Source of the DNA: Octopus sinensis
Taxonomy: Eukaryota
Length of the DNA: 64,000 nucleotides
Assembly: GCF_006345805.1 (NCBI RefSeq)
Contig: NC_043008.1
Coordinates: forward strand, 23,994,001 to 24,058,000
Reading direction: 5' to 3'
Below are positions 37,600 to 49,448 of the stretch, one piece after another. Made by a program: the position numbers and the translations under genes. Position 1 is the stretch's first letter, and every line of letters starts with the position of its first letter. The notes under the pieces were generated by a model. The model did not search any database, was not told the origin of the DNA, and saw only the letters and a program-made list of their open reading frames with translations.

Positions 37600-39900
37600 C
37601 ACCCATTTAGTGTCGGTTTTTTTGTGTGTGGAAATCTTGTTAAAATTTTTTGACTGGTGTTTTGCGATTGTTTTGCTTCATAAGCGGGGATATTTTGTTT
37701 CCCCTCCAATATAAAAAAACCTGCTTGGTTAACGTCTTTAAAAAATCCATGTTCAAGATGGCGGCATCCAGCTTGAAAACATTCAAAGAGAAAACCCTTC
37801 CTTCCACCAGCCCTCATACAGCTGAAGTCTGCCCTCATCTTCCTTCTCTTACTTCTCTGAGAAATGTGTGTTGGACGACAGGTGAGAGCAGCAGCAACGG
37901 CAACAACAACAGTAACGTTATCGGAAGCCATGCATGTAAAAAGGAGGAGACTAAAACAAAGATGTTTCCGCTCAAAGTCCATCACGTACCAGCAGATGGC
38001 TAGATTTTGAAATTGAAGGGGCAAGGGCAGAGCTAGCTCCCTACTTTTGAGACTAAAACCGCAACGACTCGTAAAACAGTGATGTTCAGATGCACCAATC
38101 TCTAATGCAGGTAATTGGAAACCTACACGAGCGTCCAGATTGAAGGGACTCTACACAATATATGGCAGGACATCAGCCAAGTATGAAGGGCAATGTAGTT
38201 CGGTGGGATCAGAGCCTTATTCAAGACTGAGACCCTAGTAGTCCAGCTCTCGTTGGCCGCCCGGCGCAATGGAAACTTCGTTCTCTTACCTACGTGTTTG
38301 GGAAGAAGTGTGTGAATGCAACTATACAAGGGATGCCGCCAAAACCAGGAGAAAGAACTGGACTGGGGTCACAATAGATCTGTCTTTCCATGTAAAGTCT
38401 GTCTAGCTGGAGAAGATTTCAGGCCTGATCTCTCTGCCGAATGGAACATAGTTACTAGTCATTGTGGGGGTCAGACAACCGAAATGTCAAGTCTGTGGAG
38501 TGATGGGTCATCTATGGGTGTTCTGCCCACCCAAGAAAAACAAAATGGCAGAAAGAAGGGTCCCAACTCTGCTGCTACAGCCGCCGCTACAACAGCAATA
38601 ACAATACGTACAGCAACGCAAACATTGTGCGGCAACAACAGAAAATGTGGACAGGGCAACATAAGAGGAAGCCACTCCAGCACAATCCATAACATCAATA
38701 ATTACAGAGGAGGTACCGGCATTTGCAACTTTAGCTTCATCTGCGATGGCAGGACCAGAAACAAGCTGTAGCAAAAGTGGTAGTAGCAGTAAGAGTAGCA
38801 ACAACAGCCCCGAAACACCATCACCATTGTCACCACTAACATCAACAAGAAGGAAAAAAAGAAAGACCCACCCAGGCTGCCCTTCAACCCAGTTCTCCCT
38901 CTTTTCTCTCTCAAACACACACTCACATATAGACTCGCACACAAACACATTCTCGCACTCCGAAAAAGATTCCACAGGCACTGGCTTCCCCACATCTCGA
39001 AGTGAAGACGTGGGGCAAGCTCCAAAACCAAATAAACAAAAAGCGAAACAAAAAATCACCTGGCCTCACTCCAACACACACCAGCAAACACAGGAAATAT
39101 TCTCACAACAAACATTGACACATTATAAACAACACCAACACCACCCGACCAAAAACCACCAACACAACCGCCGCTACTACCATCAGCATCACCACCACCA
39201 CCACCACCACTAACCTCACCTCACCCCAAAAAGAAACCTAGCGCAACAGCAACAGTCAACCAAATTTCGTGCTACTGAGGAGAGCAAACGAAAAATTGAG
39301 GGTCCTCATAACACGAAACAAAGATATTGAGAGTGGGGTATGCAGGTTATTATACCAGTACTTGTAGTGCGACAGAAACTACAATTGTACAAAATCAGGG
39401 AGCATTTCCGCCAGCAAGGGGGTTCCGAGATTCGGACGTCGGGTCACCCGCTCTGCAACATCAACGGAAGGTTAAGTAACCTCACACTTTCCTTTCTCTT
39501 AGAGTAGGTTCTATAAATTTACGTTGCCTAAGTTCAACATGGAAGCAAGGTCGCTTGGTCAACAATCTCGGGTCGCCAGGTTTGGACGTCATAGCCGTCA
39601 GCGAAACTAGGGTTTCTGACAAGCGCGCATTAGCCCACATTCTTGACAACTTTGAGATCAACGCATCTCTGTCTCGACTTGGAGTGTAGGCGGGGAGCCA
39701 GTGTTGGTTAGGGAAAACCTGGATCTTCAAGCACGGTCGATCTTCCTTGACCCGGATTGTAAGTTGGTACGATAGTGTTGAGAATCAATACTTGGTGGCT
39801 GTTGACATGGCAGCGTCTTTCGATTCCGTTTTTAGATGCTGGATTGATACAATGTAGAATGACATCTTTTTAACGGTCAAAGTAAATGGCTACCTGGTTT
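37600..39900 (+). mobile_element. Tx1/L1-like LINE 5' portion (ORF1 remnant, linker, APE start, small RT remnant)
   Basis: ORF1 LHNIWQDISQV..FGGIRALF..LLPTCLGR matches 14385-14550. Linker AATTTCGTGCTACTGAGGAGAGC matches 15307-15330. APE start SINLRCL..KQGRLVNNL..DVIAVSET. Confidence 0.8.
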
Positions 39901-40089
39901 ATAAAGTTTGTTCTTGCGCAGCAAAGATCAATCCTATCTCCTGGAAAATACATGTTTCGACCATCTTCAAGATTCTTTACCAGCTTCATCTGATGTTTGT
40001 TGAACTTTCTCTTTCCAATTAATGTTCTTTTCCTTATTAGTCCTCATTTTGTACTCCTGGAGGTTCTCATCATTAAGAAGATCGGCTGT

Positions 40090-41080
40090 AAAGTTCACAG
40101 AATGAACAAGATACTCTCATGGAATGTGATCAAATGAGGCCTATTTTCTTACATAGTCCCCTTTACGGCCCACATACTTTTTCCATTAGTGTTGCAGTGC
40201 TTTCGTCCCCTTGATCAAAAATGTCATCAACAACGGATATGACGTCATCGTCAAAGTGATACTATCACCTGGCCAAATATGTTTCATGTTGGGAAACAAA
40301 TGGTAAGTCCGACGGTGCCAAATCAGGACAATATGGAGGGTAGTGAACCAGTTTAAAACCATAAGCACGCACAGCAGCAATTGAAAGCAAGTTCTTCTGT
40401 GCTGGAGCATTGTCCTTATGAAACATGTTTCCCCGGGCATTTGGCTTTGATAGCCTTTCTTGACCGCCTCTGCAAGTTGATCAGTATTCTCCATTGTTGG
40501 TGTGGCTCTTTTGAAGTTAGTCAATAAACACAATGTCTTTTACCCTCCAAAAATTGAGGCCATCATCTTCCTTCAGATGAAACAACCTTGACATTTTTTG
40601 GAGCAGGGTAGGAGGGGTGTTTCCATTATGTGGACTGTCTCTTTGTATTTGTCTCTAAGCGATGAATCCAACACTCATCCTGGGTCAGGAAACGTTCAAG
40701 GTAACCAGCTAGACCTGCCTCAAACAATGTTAGATTTTCCCATGATGCGATCAGCCCTGTATGCTTTTGATCGGGTGTCAGAAGACGTGGCACCCACCGA
40801 GAAGAAACTTCCATCATGCCGTGCAGAATATCTTCAACTGTCTCACAGGATATACTAATAACTTTGGCTATTTGATTTATAGTTAATCATCACCCATCTG
40901 CATGTTGTGAATACGATCAATGTTTTCCTCGGTGATGGCAGTTTCAGGACGTCCAGACATTGGGTCATCTTCAAGGTTCTCCCTTCCCCTCTTAAATTCA
41001 GTAGCCCACTTTTGCACTGTTGATAAAGCTGGGTCGTCTTCATCTAATGTAGCCATCATGTCAGTATAAATGAGTATGAA
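40090..41080 (-). mobile_element. Decayed mariner transposon
   Basis: WVPRLL and TQDECWIH motifs, a PPYCPDLAPSD-like motif and HLFPNMK; many frameshifts and no clear TIR pair. Confidence 0.85.
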
Positions 41081-41598
41081 TGTCGTTGGAGCTAAACTCT
41101 ATTTTCTGCAGGTACTTGAATTTTGTCCATTTACAGGAGAAGTCGCTACAAGTTACTTTTAAAGTCTTCTTTGATCAGTCAGGTATCAATTAATAAGTGT
41201 AGAGATTAATGCAAGATATTACAGCTCTAGTATCACTCCTTCATAGTCAGCATATGAACGTTTCAGCTAACCCTTGTATCACTCATCACCTTCTCATTCA
41301 GTACAGCAGCAACTTTCTTTCATCACTGTCTCTAAGATAGGCATGCAAGAACTTGGTCACATTTGTAATACTATTAATACTACCCTCTACTTCAACCAAT
41401 CCCGTTCCACCTTCCTTCGTATGTAGGTAAAGCCTTACCAAGTTACTTCTAGTATGGAAGCACAATGTATTGCCATTATTTCTATGCTGACCAGTTCCTT
41501 ATATATATATAATTTTAAGAGACATGGTGCATTTTATAAATATGCCTGTTCAAGTATCATAATAGCATGAAACTACTAATAGCTCTTTCGGTTGTGTG

Positions 41599-41752
<154 letters not shown>

Positions 41753-42049
41753 GGTAATTATTCAACAAGTAGAAAAGCACTCGATCAGTTAAGACAGTAA
41801 AGATAATCTTAAATTAGAAACCACAAATCTTGCAAATAACTACCCAGGGTTTCCTGGTCGAGATAATAATTTATTCCGCCATTTATCAAGCTGAAAGCAA
41901 GATCGTTGGTCAGTTGCGTTTTTTTTTTTTTTTGAGCAGGTAATGTTTAAACAAGAGACGCTTGTAAAGAATACAAAAAGAAAAACACAAGGGAGATAAC
42001 TAATGTTACAATAATTCGATGTCAGGAAAACATAAACCACGTGTTACTG

Positions 42050-42420
42050 GTTTACTGTGTGTCAGGTGATCTCTTTAAATTCGACAAGAAGTATTTTTGA
42101 AACTTTGTTCCTCGAATTTATGTATTCGTTGGATGTTCTCAAGTGTTTTAATAGATACAGTTTTTTCAAGCTAACAGACTGAGCATTTTCTAGACCCGTT
42201 CACATTAGGGTCCGGATTTAGAGGGTATTTTCCATATGATATAGAAATTGGACCCTTCGTCTTTAAACTTCCAGATTAAAGCCGAAAGCGTTGTTGAATG
42301 CCACTTATCACGGTGCCTAAAATTCGAAAGATGGCTCCGATTTTGATAATTGTGCGTAGTTTCCTGAAACCTTTGTTTCATAACCAATGGAAGATATATC
42401 GCACCTCTGTCCTAGAGGAC
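42050..42420 (-). mobile_element. Penelope-like GIY-YIG endonuclease C-terminal remnant
   Basis: NRSHLSNFRHRDKWHSTTLSALIWKFKDEGSNFYIIWKI followed by a frameshifted C-x2-C..EK-like segment, matching the pattern of PLE endonucleases. Confidence 0.55.
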
Positions 42421-43934
42421 ATTTAGATTTGTCTCTACATGTGCATCTGGGGCAGGCTTAAGCCGTTGCTTATTGATATACGACTTAACATTAGAACATA
42501 CAAGACATACAATAAAAGTTACCTTTTCTTGTCCTCCTAATGACTAAATCTATTTTAAAACTCTGTTTGTTCTATTTCGGCAGTTTTTCTGTGATTCGCA
42601 AGAATTTATGGGGGTTAGATTATAAACTCACAAATACTATGATTTTGAATTCGATTTCATTGTGGGAATCGAAAAGTATTTAGTGTCATCTAACTGTTGT
42701 GATCTTTGAACGCTAAGTCAGACATTTTGATCAATTGTGTTATACATAAATTGAATTTTATTTTAGTTTTCCGTCTCAATGTAATCGAGGTTGTTTATTG
42801 ATCCACATCATTTTTCTGTGCATTATCTTGAACATTTTATGAATTTATGCGATCGTTTTCTGTAATATGTGAATTTTCTAATGTTTTGCATTGTTCGTTC
42901 ATAAAGAGTTCATCTTTTTACATAAGGTTATAATTCATTCTCAGTCTCAACGACGTTTTTTATAATTTATATAATTTATTGTCTTTGCATTTTATACTGC
43001 CCAAACCAAGAATTTAATTTTGTATCTGTATTTCTGGATCAGAAGTTGATTTGTAAGTCCTAGTTGCCTTCTTCTTTTACTAGTATACCTTTTTTTTATT
43101 GTACAACTGCGCAATATATTTATGTTCAAAAGCTGTCACATTATTATGTTCCTCATGAATTGTATATTTACTTCTACTGTATATTTACTTAAGTTTTTTA
43201 ACATTATGTGTTACATTTCTAGCAGTATTAGCAATTAATATTTCTGTGCCTTCATCCTAGAACAAAAAGATTTCCTAAAAGAAATATAATTATATAAATA
43301 TTGTAAGTGGATTGTGTGAGCCATCTCAACCAGCCAGGTATTTCTATGTTAAATATTTTATCTTAGTATAATAAATCTCAATAATATGGGGGGAATGACA
43401 GCAATAACAGTTGCAATATAATTAAACAAGCAAATGAATATAATGATTTTTAAAATGTTCAGCCTGATTTCTGTCAAATATAAAATACACAAACGAGTTC
43501 TTAAAATGGATTAGCACCCACCTAATAAGTTGGCAATAAAATATTCTTTCAATCATTCTTGTATAAATGTTATTTACTTTCTTATGCCTTGTATGCTTAT
43601 TTAGCAAGTTTATTTTCTACTTGATTTGTTATATTTTCTTGATTTTATACATTATATCAAAATTAAATTGCTCCTAAACTGACATCAAACAAAAAGCTTA
43701 ATTGTTCGCACAAACTATTTCGACAGTAGTAACAAACTTAAAATTCTCGTTTATCATTATCAATATCATAATCTTCAACTTGTCATTTCAGGAATATAAA
43801 ACAAATATTAAAATTAATATTTTAAAGGTGGTGGTATCAAAAGCATGAAATAATATCAAAATATAATGTCCTTTAGTATTTACTTGTATATCTCTATACT
43901 CTGAGTTCAAATTTCGTCACATTTTATCAATGCA

Positions 43935-44110
43935 AAAGTGGCAAATCAGCAAAATCACGAGAGTCAGAAAGAATGTTTTGTGGTAATCGCTTTGCGACAT
44001 TCGTTCCGTCTCTTTGTGCTCTGAGTTCAATTCTCGCTAGGCTCAACTGTGCGTTTCATCTTCGCGAAGTCGTTGAGGTAAAGTACCAATAAAATACTGG
44101 GCTACTCCCC
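43935..44110 (+). mobile_element. Old, diverged SINE copy
   Basis: CTCTGAGTTCAATTCTCGC..CAACTGTGCGTTTCATCTTCGCGAAGTCG..AAAGTACCA resembles the SINE consensus. Confidence 0.55.
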
Positions 44111-44199
44111 TTAAGATTACTGGCCTTCTGCCTAAATGTGCTGTGTGCTGGCATTCCAAAGAATAAACACAATGTCTCTTCAACTAAAAGTGGTTGAGG

Positions 44200-46610
44200 T
44201 AGTATCTGCATTCCAGCCTCGCAAAACCCTCACTATCAACAACCTTTTGTACAAAGCCCCATAGTTCTTTCTTTCAGAAAGTACCTCAACTGCCTATAAG
44301 GCACGCTGTATGAAGCGACAGGGACAAATGTACCAGGACCCTTATTCGCCGGACGGAGAAAACCCTGAAAGACAGGATGAGCTGGAACGTTGACGTTTGA
44401 GTGATGCAAAGGCGTCATCCGCCAAAAGTGGGAAATCTCCGTTCAACCTGGGGAGGTCTATTCGGATGGGGATCTAGAATGTTCTCTCTGAGGGATGATT
44501 CTTGTTTGCTCTTGATGTCTATGGAATTCAGCCGTTTGCAAGTTGCTGTAGCGACACTATCAGAGGTGTGTCAGCCAGGAGGTGGTGACATCTCAACCAG
44601 TGGTTATACCAACTATTGGTTTAGGCACTCTGAGGGCATGCCGATGAGATAGCAGTTGCTGTGGCCGACTGGCTGGTTCAAATGGTATTAGATGTAACAC
44701 CTGACAACGAGCGTATTATGTGGCTGAGGATTTGACATTTTCTGGGTGTCATTTCCTCGATTGCAGTGTACTTTCTGACCGCTGTGAAGGACAGGTCGTT
44801 AGGAAGACATTCCACATCTAATTGTACCCTGTCCTGGAAAGTATCCCCAATAGAGACACGTCCTTGGTCATAAGAGACTTCCATGCATCAAATGGAGTTG
44901 ACAGAACGAGATACGAGACCGTTACTGGCCCTTTTGTATCCGGTACAAAAGTGGTGTAATGCCTTGCTAAAATCCATGGACCTCGCTTTGCAGATTCCTG
45001 GTACAAGCGTCCTGAGTTGCATCACTGGACTTCTTATTCCAATACTGGCAGTGTGATAAAAGAAATCGAACACGTATTTGTAGATGACTGCGGGAGACCT
45101 TCACATTGATGGAACGTTAGACACTGAGTGAAACTGGGTGGAGCCCTTGGTGATCTACTTCAGGGCTGAGATGTGTGGTTGTCAGATCACTGAGGTCTGA
45201 CAAAGAGAAGCAAGTCTGAGAAATCTGTAATGAGGTCAAGAGTCGACCTCATGTGTCCGACACATGTACTACTTATAGATTGATCGATTACTCGGAGATG
45301 GGATGAAGCCTCCCGCTCGGTGTTCTACAGTTTTAGACATTGATGGCACACTTTTGATGGAGGAGCCCAAGGTGGTGGGTCGTTGAGTATCATACTTTGA
45401 GGAGCTGTATAAGGTGGATCCACTGCGTGCTGCATACTATGTTTTCTTCAGCCCTCGTGACCAACTAACCAATCATCTGTGATTAGATGTAATACCTGAC
45501 AACGAGCGTATTATGTGGGTGAGGATTTGACACTCTCTGGGTGTCATTTCCTCGGTTGCAGTGTATTCTCTGACTGCTGTGAGTATCAAGCCGGCGGTAA
45601 ATCAGCCGAAAGGCGGGAATGCAGCCGGTATTTGTAACCCTCATGGGGAGATAATTAAGAAAATTGGGCCTGAAGCAATCTTGTTCTTGCGGAAGATCGT
45701 CTACTCAATCTCGAGCAGCAGCATCATACCGCCTGGCTGGGAGAGGGGTATAATTATAACACTCTCGGAAGGTAAAAGTGACCGCTACGATTGTAACAAT
45801 TATGGAGCTGTTACACTTTCTCGGTGTCCAGTAAGCTCTTTTCCAGGCTCATCCTGAACAGAGTACCAAATCACCTTCTCGCATCTAAGCAGCAGGGGTA
45901 GTCGGGGTTCACGCAAAAGAGGTCAACTACTGACAGAATCTTGGCTCTCCGTGTGCTCATTGAACACAAGCGGAGCTTTCAGCAGGGGCTGCTTGCAATC
46001 TCTGTCGACCTCCGCAAAGCAGTTGACTCGGTGGGCAGGGATGTGCTTTAGGAATCCTGAAGTTGCGAGGTATACCACCTCTAATAATTGTGCAGACGAT
46101 GGCTGTGTACACAGTAACAGTCAATGCAGTTCAGATTTGAGGTTCAACAGCTTTTTCCCAGTTAAATCTGGGCTCCTTCAGGGTTGTGTCTTGGCTCCCT
46201 CTCCGTACAATGCCTGTATTGATTGGATACTTTGCCAAACAGTGATTCGATTGAGCTGGGGTGCATTCATTGGTGAAACTAGGATTGCAGACCTAGATTT
46301 TGCTGATGGCGCAGTTATTCTTGTTGAGTCCCGGGATGTCTTAAGGAGCGTTCTCCTTTCACTGAATTTGGAAACAGAACCACTTGGCTTTAGTGTATCT
46401 TGAGTCAAGACAAATATCGTTGGCTTCACGGAGGATTCCAATACGTCTGCCTATGTTACGGGTCGCTGACACTACTCCTATATCGGCAGTGAGATTCATA
46501 ACGGCATTGTCAATAAGTCTGAAGTGCTAAAAGGACTTGGACGATCTGACGAAGTTGTGGACTCATTGGAAAAGAACGTTTGGCGCAGGTCATATCTGAG
46601 CAGGTAGACA
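44200..46610 (+). mobile_element. Decayed RTE-clade LINE (family RTE-3)
   Basis: APE SRLQVAVATLSEV..GGGDISTSGYT; RT DLRKAVDSV, LQGCVLAPS and DLDFADG. Confidence 0.8.
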
Positions 46611-46619
46611 AAGAGAAAG

Positions 46620-46792
46620 AAAAGTCGATTACATTGACATCTGTATGTGATTGGCACTTATTTTATCGACCTCAAAAGAATGAAAGGTTATGTCGGCCTT
46701 AGTTGAATTTGAACTCAGAACATAAAGACGAAGGAAATGCCGCTGAGCCTTTTCCCCAAGAGAGCTAACGATTCTGGTTGCTCGCCGCCTTA
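46620..46792 (-). mobile_element. tRNA-derived SINE
   Basis: TTTATCGACCTC..GAAAGG..AATTTGAACTCAGAAC..GCTAACGATTCTG..CTCGCCGCC. Confidence 0.75.
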
Positions 46793-46929
46793 TCGATGTT
46801 GCTGCTGATGATGATGATAGTTTCTTTATTAACCACTGATGGTTCATATAAAAAGACTGGGGACGGTACATGATACAACTAGAGTGGGATTGAAACGTGT
46901 AAATAAAGAATAAAAATGAAAATTATAAC

Positions 46930-47685
46930 AATTAAAATCCCCGAAAGAGAGACGGATGGCGGAGTGAGGTGTGGCGTAGGAAGGGTAAACGCTACAGAGA
47001 CGCATGCGTCATGGAGAGAGACGCGTGTGGTGGCCAAACATCATGGTTTAAGGTGCTATAAGCCTGAATCAGAAAATTGGGCCCCATGTGTTCCAAAATG
47101 TTGGTGTAGGTAGAGAGAATGGCATCACAGCGCAGCGCTGCGTTGACTAAATCCTAAGATCTCACATCGTGCTCTTCTTCTCGCGTCACCATAGCCACGT
47201 GCTCCAGTAGAACAATGCTCCCCCCAACACTGCCAGGGTCACAATGGACTTCTTTCGTCAGCACAACATCAGAACCATACCGTGGCCGACTCTCAACTCG
47301 GACTGGAACACCTATGGAACACCTATGGAATGAAATCCAGAGACGGTTGAACCAGGTATTCCCAAGGCTAACAACTCGTGTGGAACAGGAGACAGCTCTT
47401 CTGAGGGTATGGGCATAGGTGCCAATGGCTTTTGTGAACCGCCACATGCACTCTATGTACCGACGGTGTATGGCCGTTTTGAATACCCAGGGAGGGCATA
47501 TATGGTATTGAACATGCAACGCCTTACAATCTGCCTGCTATCAGAACACATAATAACGACTCATAGACTGTGGTGAAAGTGCATCCAAGAAATTGATTTT
47601 ATCATTTTATCAAAATTTATCTCTGACATAATGAAATTAAAACATATTTCACAGTCACACACGTCTTGCGCTTCTTTTGTGGTTA
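46930..47685 (+). mobile_element. Tc1-family transposon relic (DDE domain)
   Basis: VWRRKGKRYRDACVMERD, NNAPPNTARVTMDFF, WP..MEHLWNEIQRR and SMYRRCMAVLNTQGGH. Confidence 0.85.
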
Positions 47686-47686
47686 A

Positions 47687-47701
47687 TTATATATATGTAT
47701 A

Positions 47702-47754
<53 letters not shown>

Positions 47755-47776
47755 ATATTATATATATATATATATA
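47687..47776. repeat. (TA)n microsatellite
   Basis: Direct inspection. Confidence 0.95.
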
Positions 47777-48796
47777 CTAGCATTATGACCCGGCGTCGCC
47801 GGGTCATAGTGCTAGTGCATGTATATATGTGTATATATGTGTACATCTATATATATACATCTACACATAAAATACAAAATACAAAGTTATATCTTGATAT
47901 CGCTAGTGATAACAATACTCAAAATAGATAACAGACTGGAATTGTAGGCCCGTCTCTTGCAATTTCGATCAATTGTATCTTGTCCTCCCTCTTGTATAGA
48001 AGTGTGGCTACAATCCAGCCTACCTCTACTTCTGGGGGGACATTTAAAACTTTTATTCGGGACGTCCTACGTCCCAGATATAAAGGTAAAAATAAAATAT
48101 TTCCACTTTGCAAGGTTCGAGTCGAGTACTCCCTTGCACGCTCCGTTGACTCGAACCTTGCTTCTATTGTGGCGAATTTACCGCCTCTGGTTAGATACTT
48201 GATATCTTTTTCATAGTCGGACCAAGACACTTTTCGATGGTGCTTTCCTTCAGGTGTTCAAATATTTTTTTTTCTCTAAATTGTATACTTTATAGAGAAT
48301 AGTCTTTTCTTTAATTTAATGGACTATTCCATTTCTACGCATTAATTTTATTTTTAACTTATTCCCATTCATGTGAAACCACTTATTCAAGTTCAAGTCA
48401 TTGATGCAATTTTATACCAATTGCTATTTTTACTTTTGTTAAGTTACGATTATATTATACTTTAGTTTGATTTTAATTATTACTTACTACATATAATTCA
48501 ATTGTTATTATTATCTCTAATTGTTATTGTTAAAGTGAAAGTATCTGACATAAAATAGAGAAATGTTTGTTTCACTTTTAACACGTAATACTGAAATGGT
48601 GGAGAAGATATGATATTGCTATGGGCTCGCCCTAGGCAAGAAGTTGAACATTTTTTTTGCCCATGAAACTACATGAACCCTAAGTAAGGCATGTGTAAAA
48701 TTTGAATGAAATTGGTTGTGTAGTTCTCAGGTTTTAGGGAAACAGACAGACTGACAGACAGACAGACACACATTCTCAGTTTTATATATATAGAGA
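47777..48796 (-). mobile_element. Probable non-autonomous Helitron
   Basis: Minus strand starts A|TCTCTATATATATAAA with a subterminal (CTGT)n tract and ends with a GC-rich hairpin then CTAG|T. That both ends belong to one element is inferred. Confidence 0.55.
47919..48230 (-). pseudogene. Fragment of Tx1/L1-like ORF1 (RRM-like)
   Basis: KDIKYLTRGGKFATIEARFES..LFLPLYLGRRTSRIKVLNVPPE aligns by eye with QDIHQIARARQHGGVEVHFET..ALFPTYMVRRVVRITVPSAPP (14390-14580). Confidence 0.6.
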
Positions 48797-48882
48797 TATA
48801 TCTAATATAGAATAAAATTTTTCGAAAAAAATTCTATCAATGGCCAGCATATAAAAAATATCTTTAAAGGTTAAATTTATAA

Positions 48883-49404
48883 ACAACTTATAAACAAGGG
48901 TAAAAGAAAAACATTCTAATGCGAAATATGCCGAAAATAGACACAATCGTCAATAACCATATAATTCATCACTATAAGCACGTCTCTCGAAGTAAGCCGA
49001 CAAAAATTTCTAAAAAAATCCCGTTATTATCATATCGGCCCTGATTTCAGAGTTAATTCATAAAAATTTTCTCCTCGTCAGTGATAAATACGGTAAGAAA
49101 TATATGAAATACTTATACCCATGGTAGAAGCAAATACTAAGTCATGAGCACAATTTGTTTCTTCTATGGGTATAAGTATTTCATTTATTTCTTACCGTAT
49201 TTATCACTGACGAGGAGAAAATTCTTATGAATTGACTCTGAAATCAGGGCCGATATGATAATAACGGAATTTTTTAGAAATTTCTGTCGGCTTACTTCGA
49301 GACGCGTGCTTATAGTGATGAATTATATGGTTATTGACGATATTGTGTATTTTAGGCATATTTGGCATTAGAATGTTTTTCTTTTGCCCTTGTTTATAAG
49401 TTGT
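48883..49404. mobile_element. Fold-back/MITE-like palindromic element
   Basis: Inverted arms 48883-49135 and 49153-49404, highly similar, with a 17-bp spacer. Confidence 0.85.
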
Positions 49405-49407
49405 ATT

Positions 49408-49447
<40 letters not shown>

Positions 49448-49448
49448 T

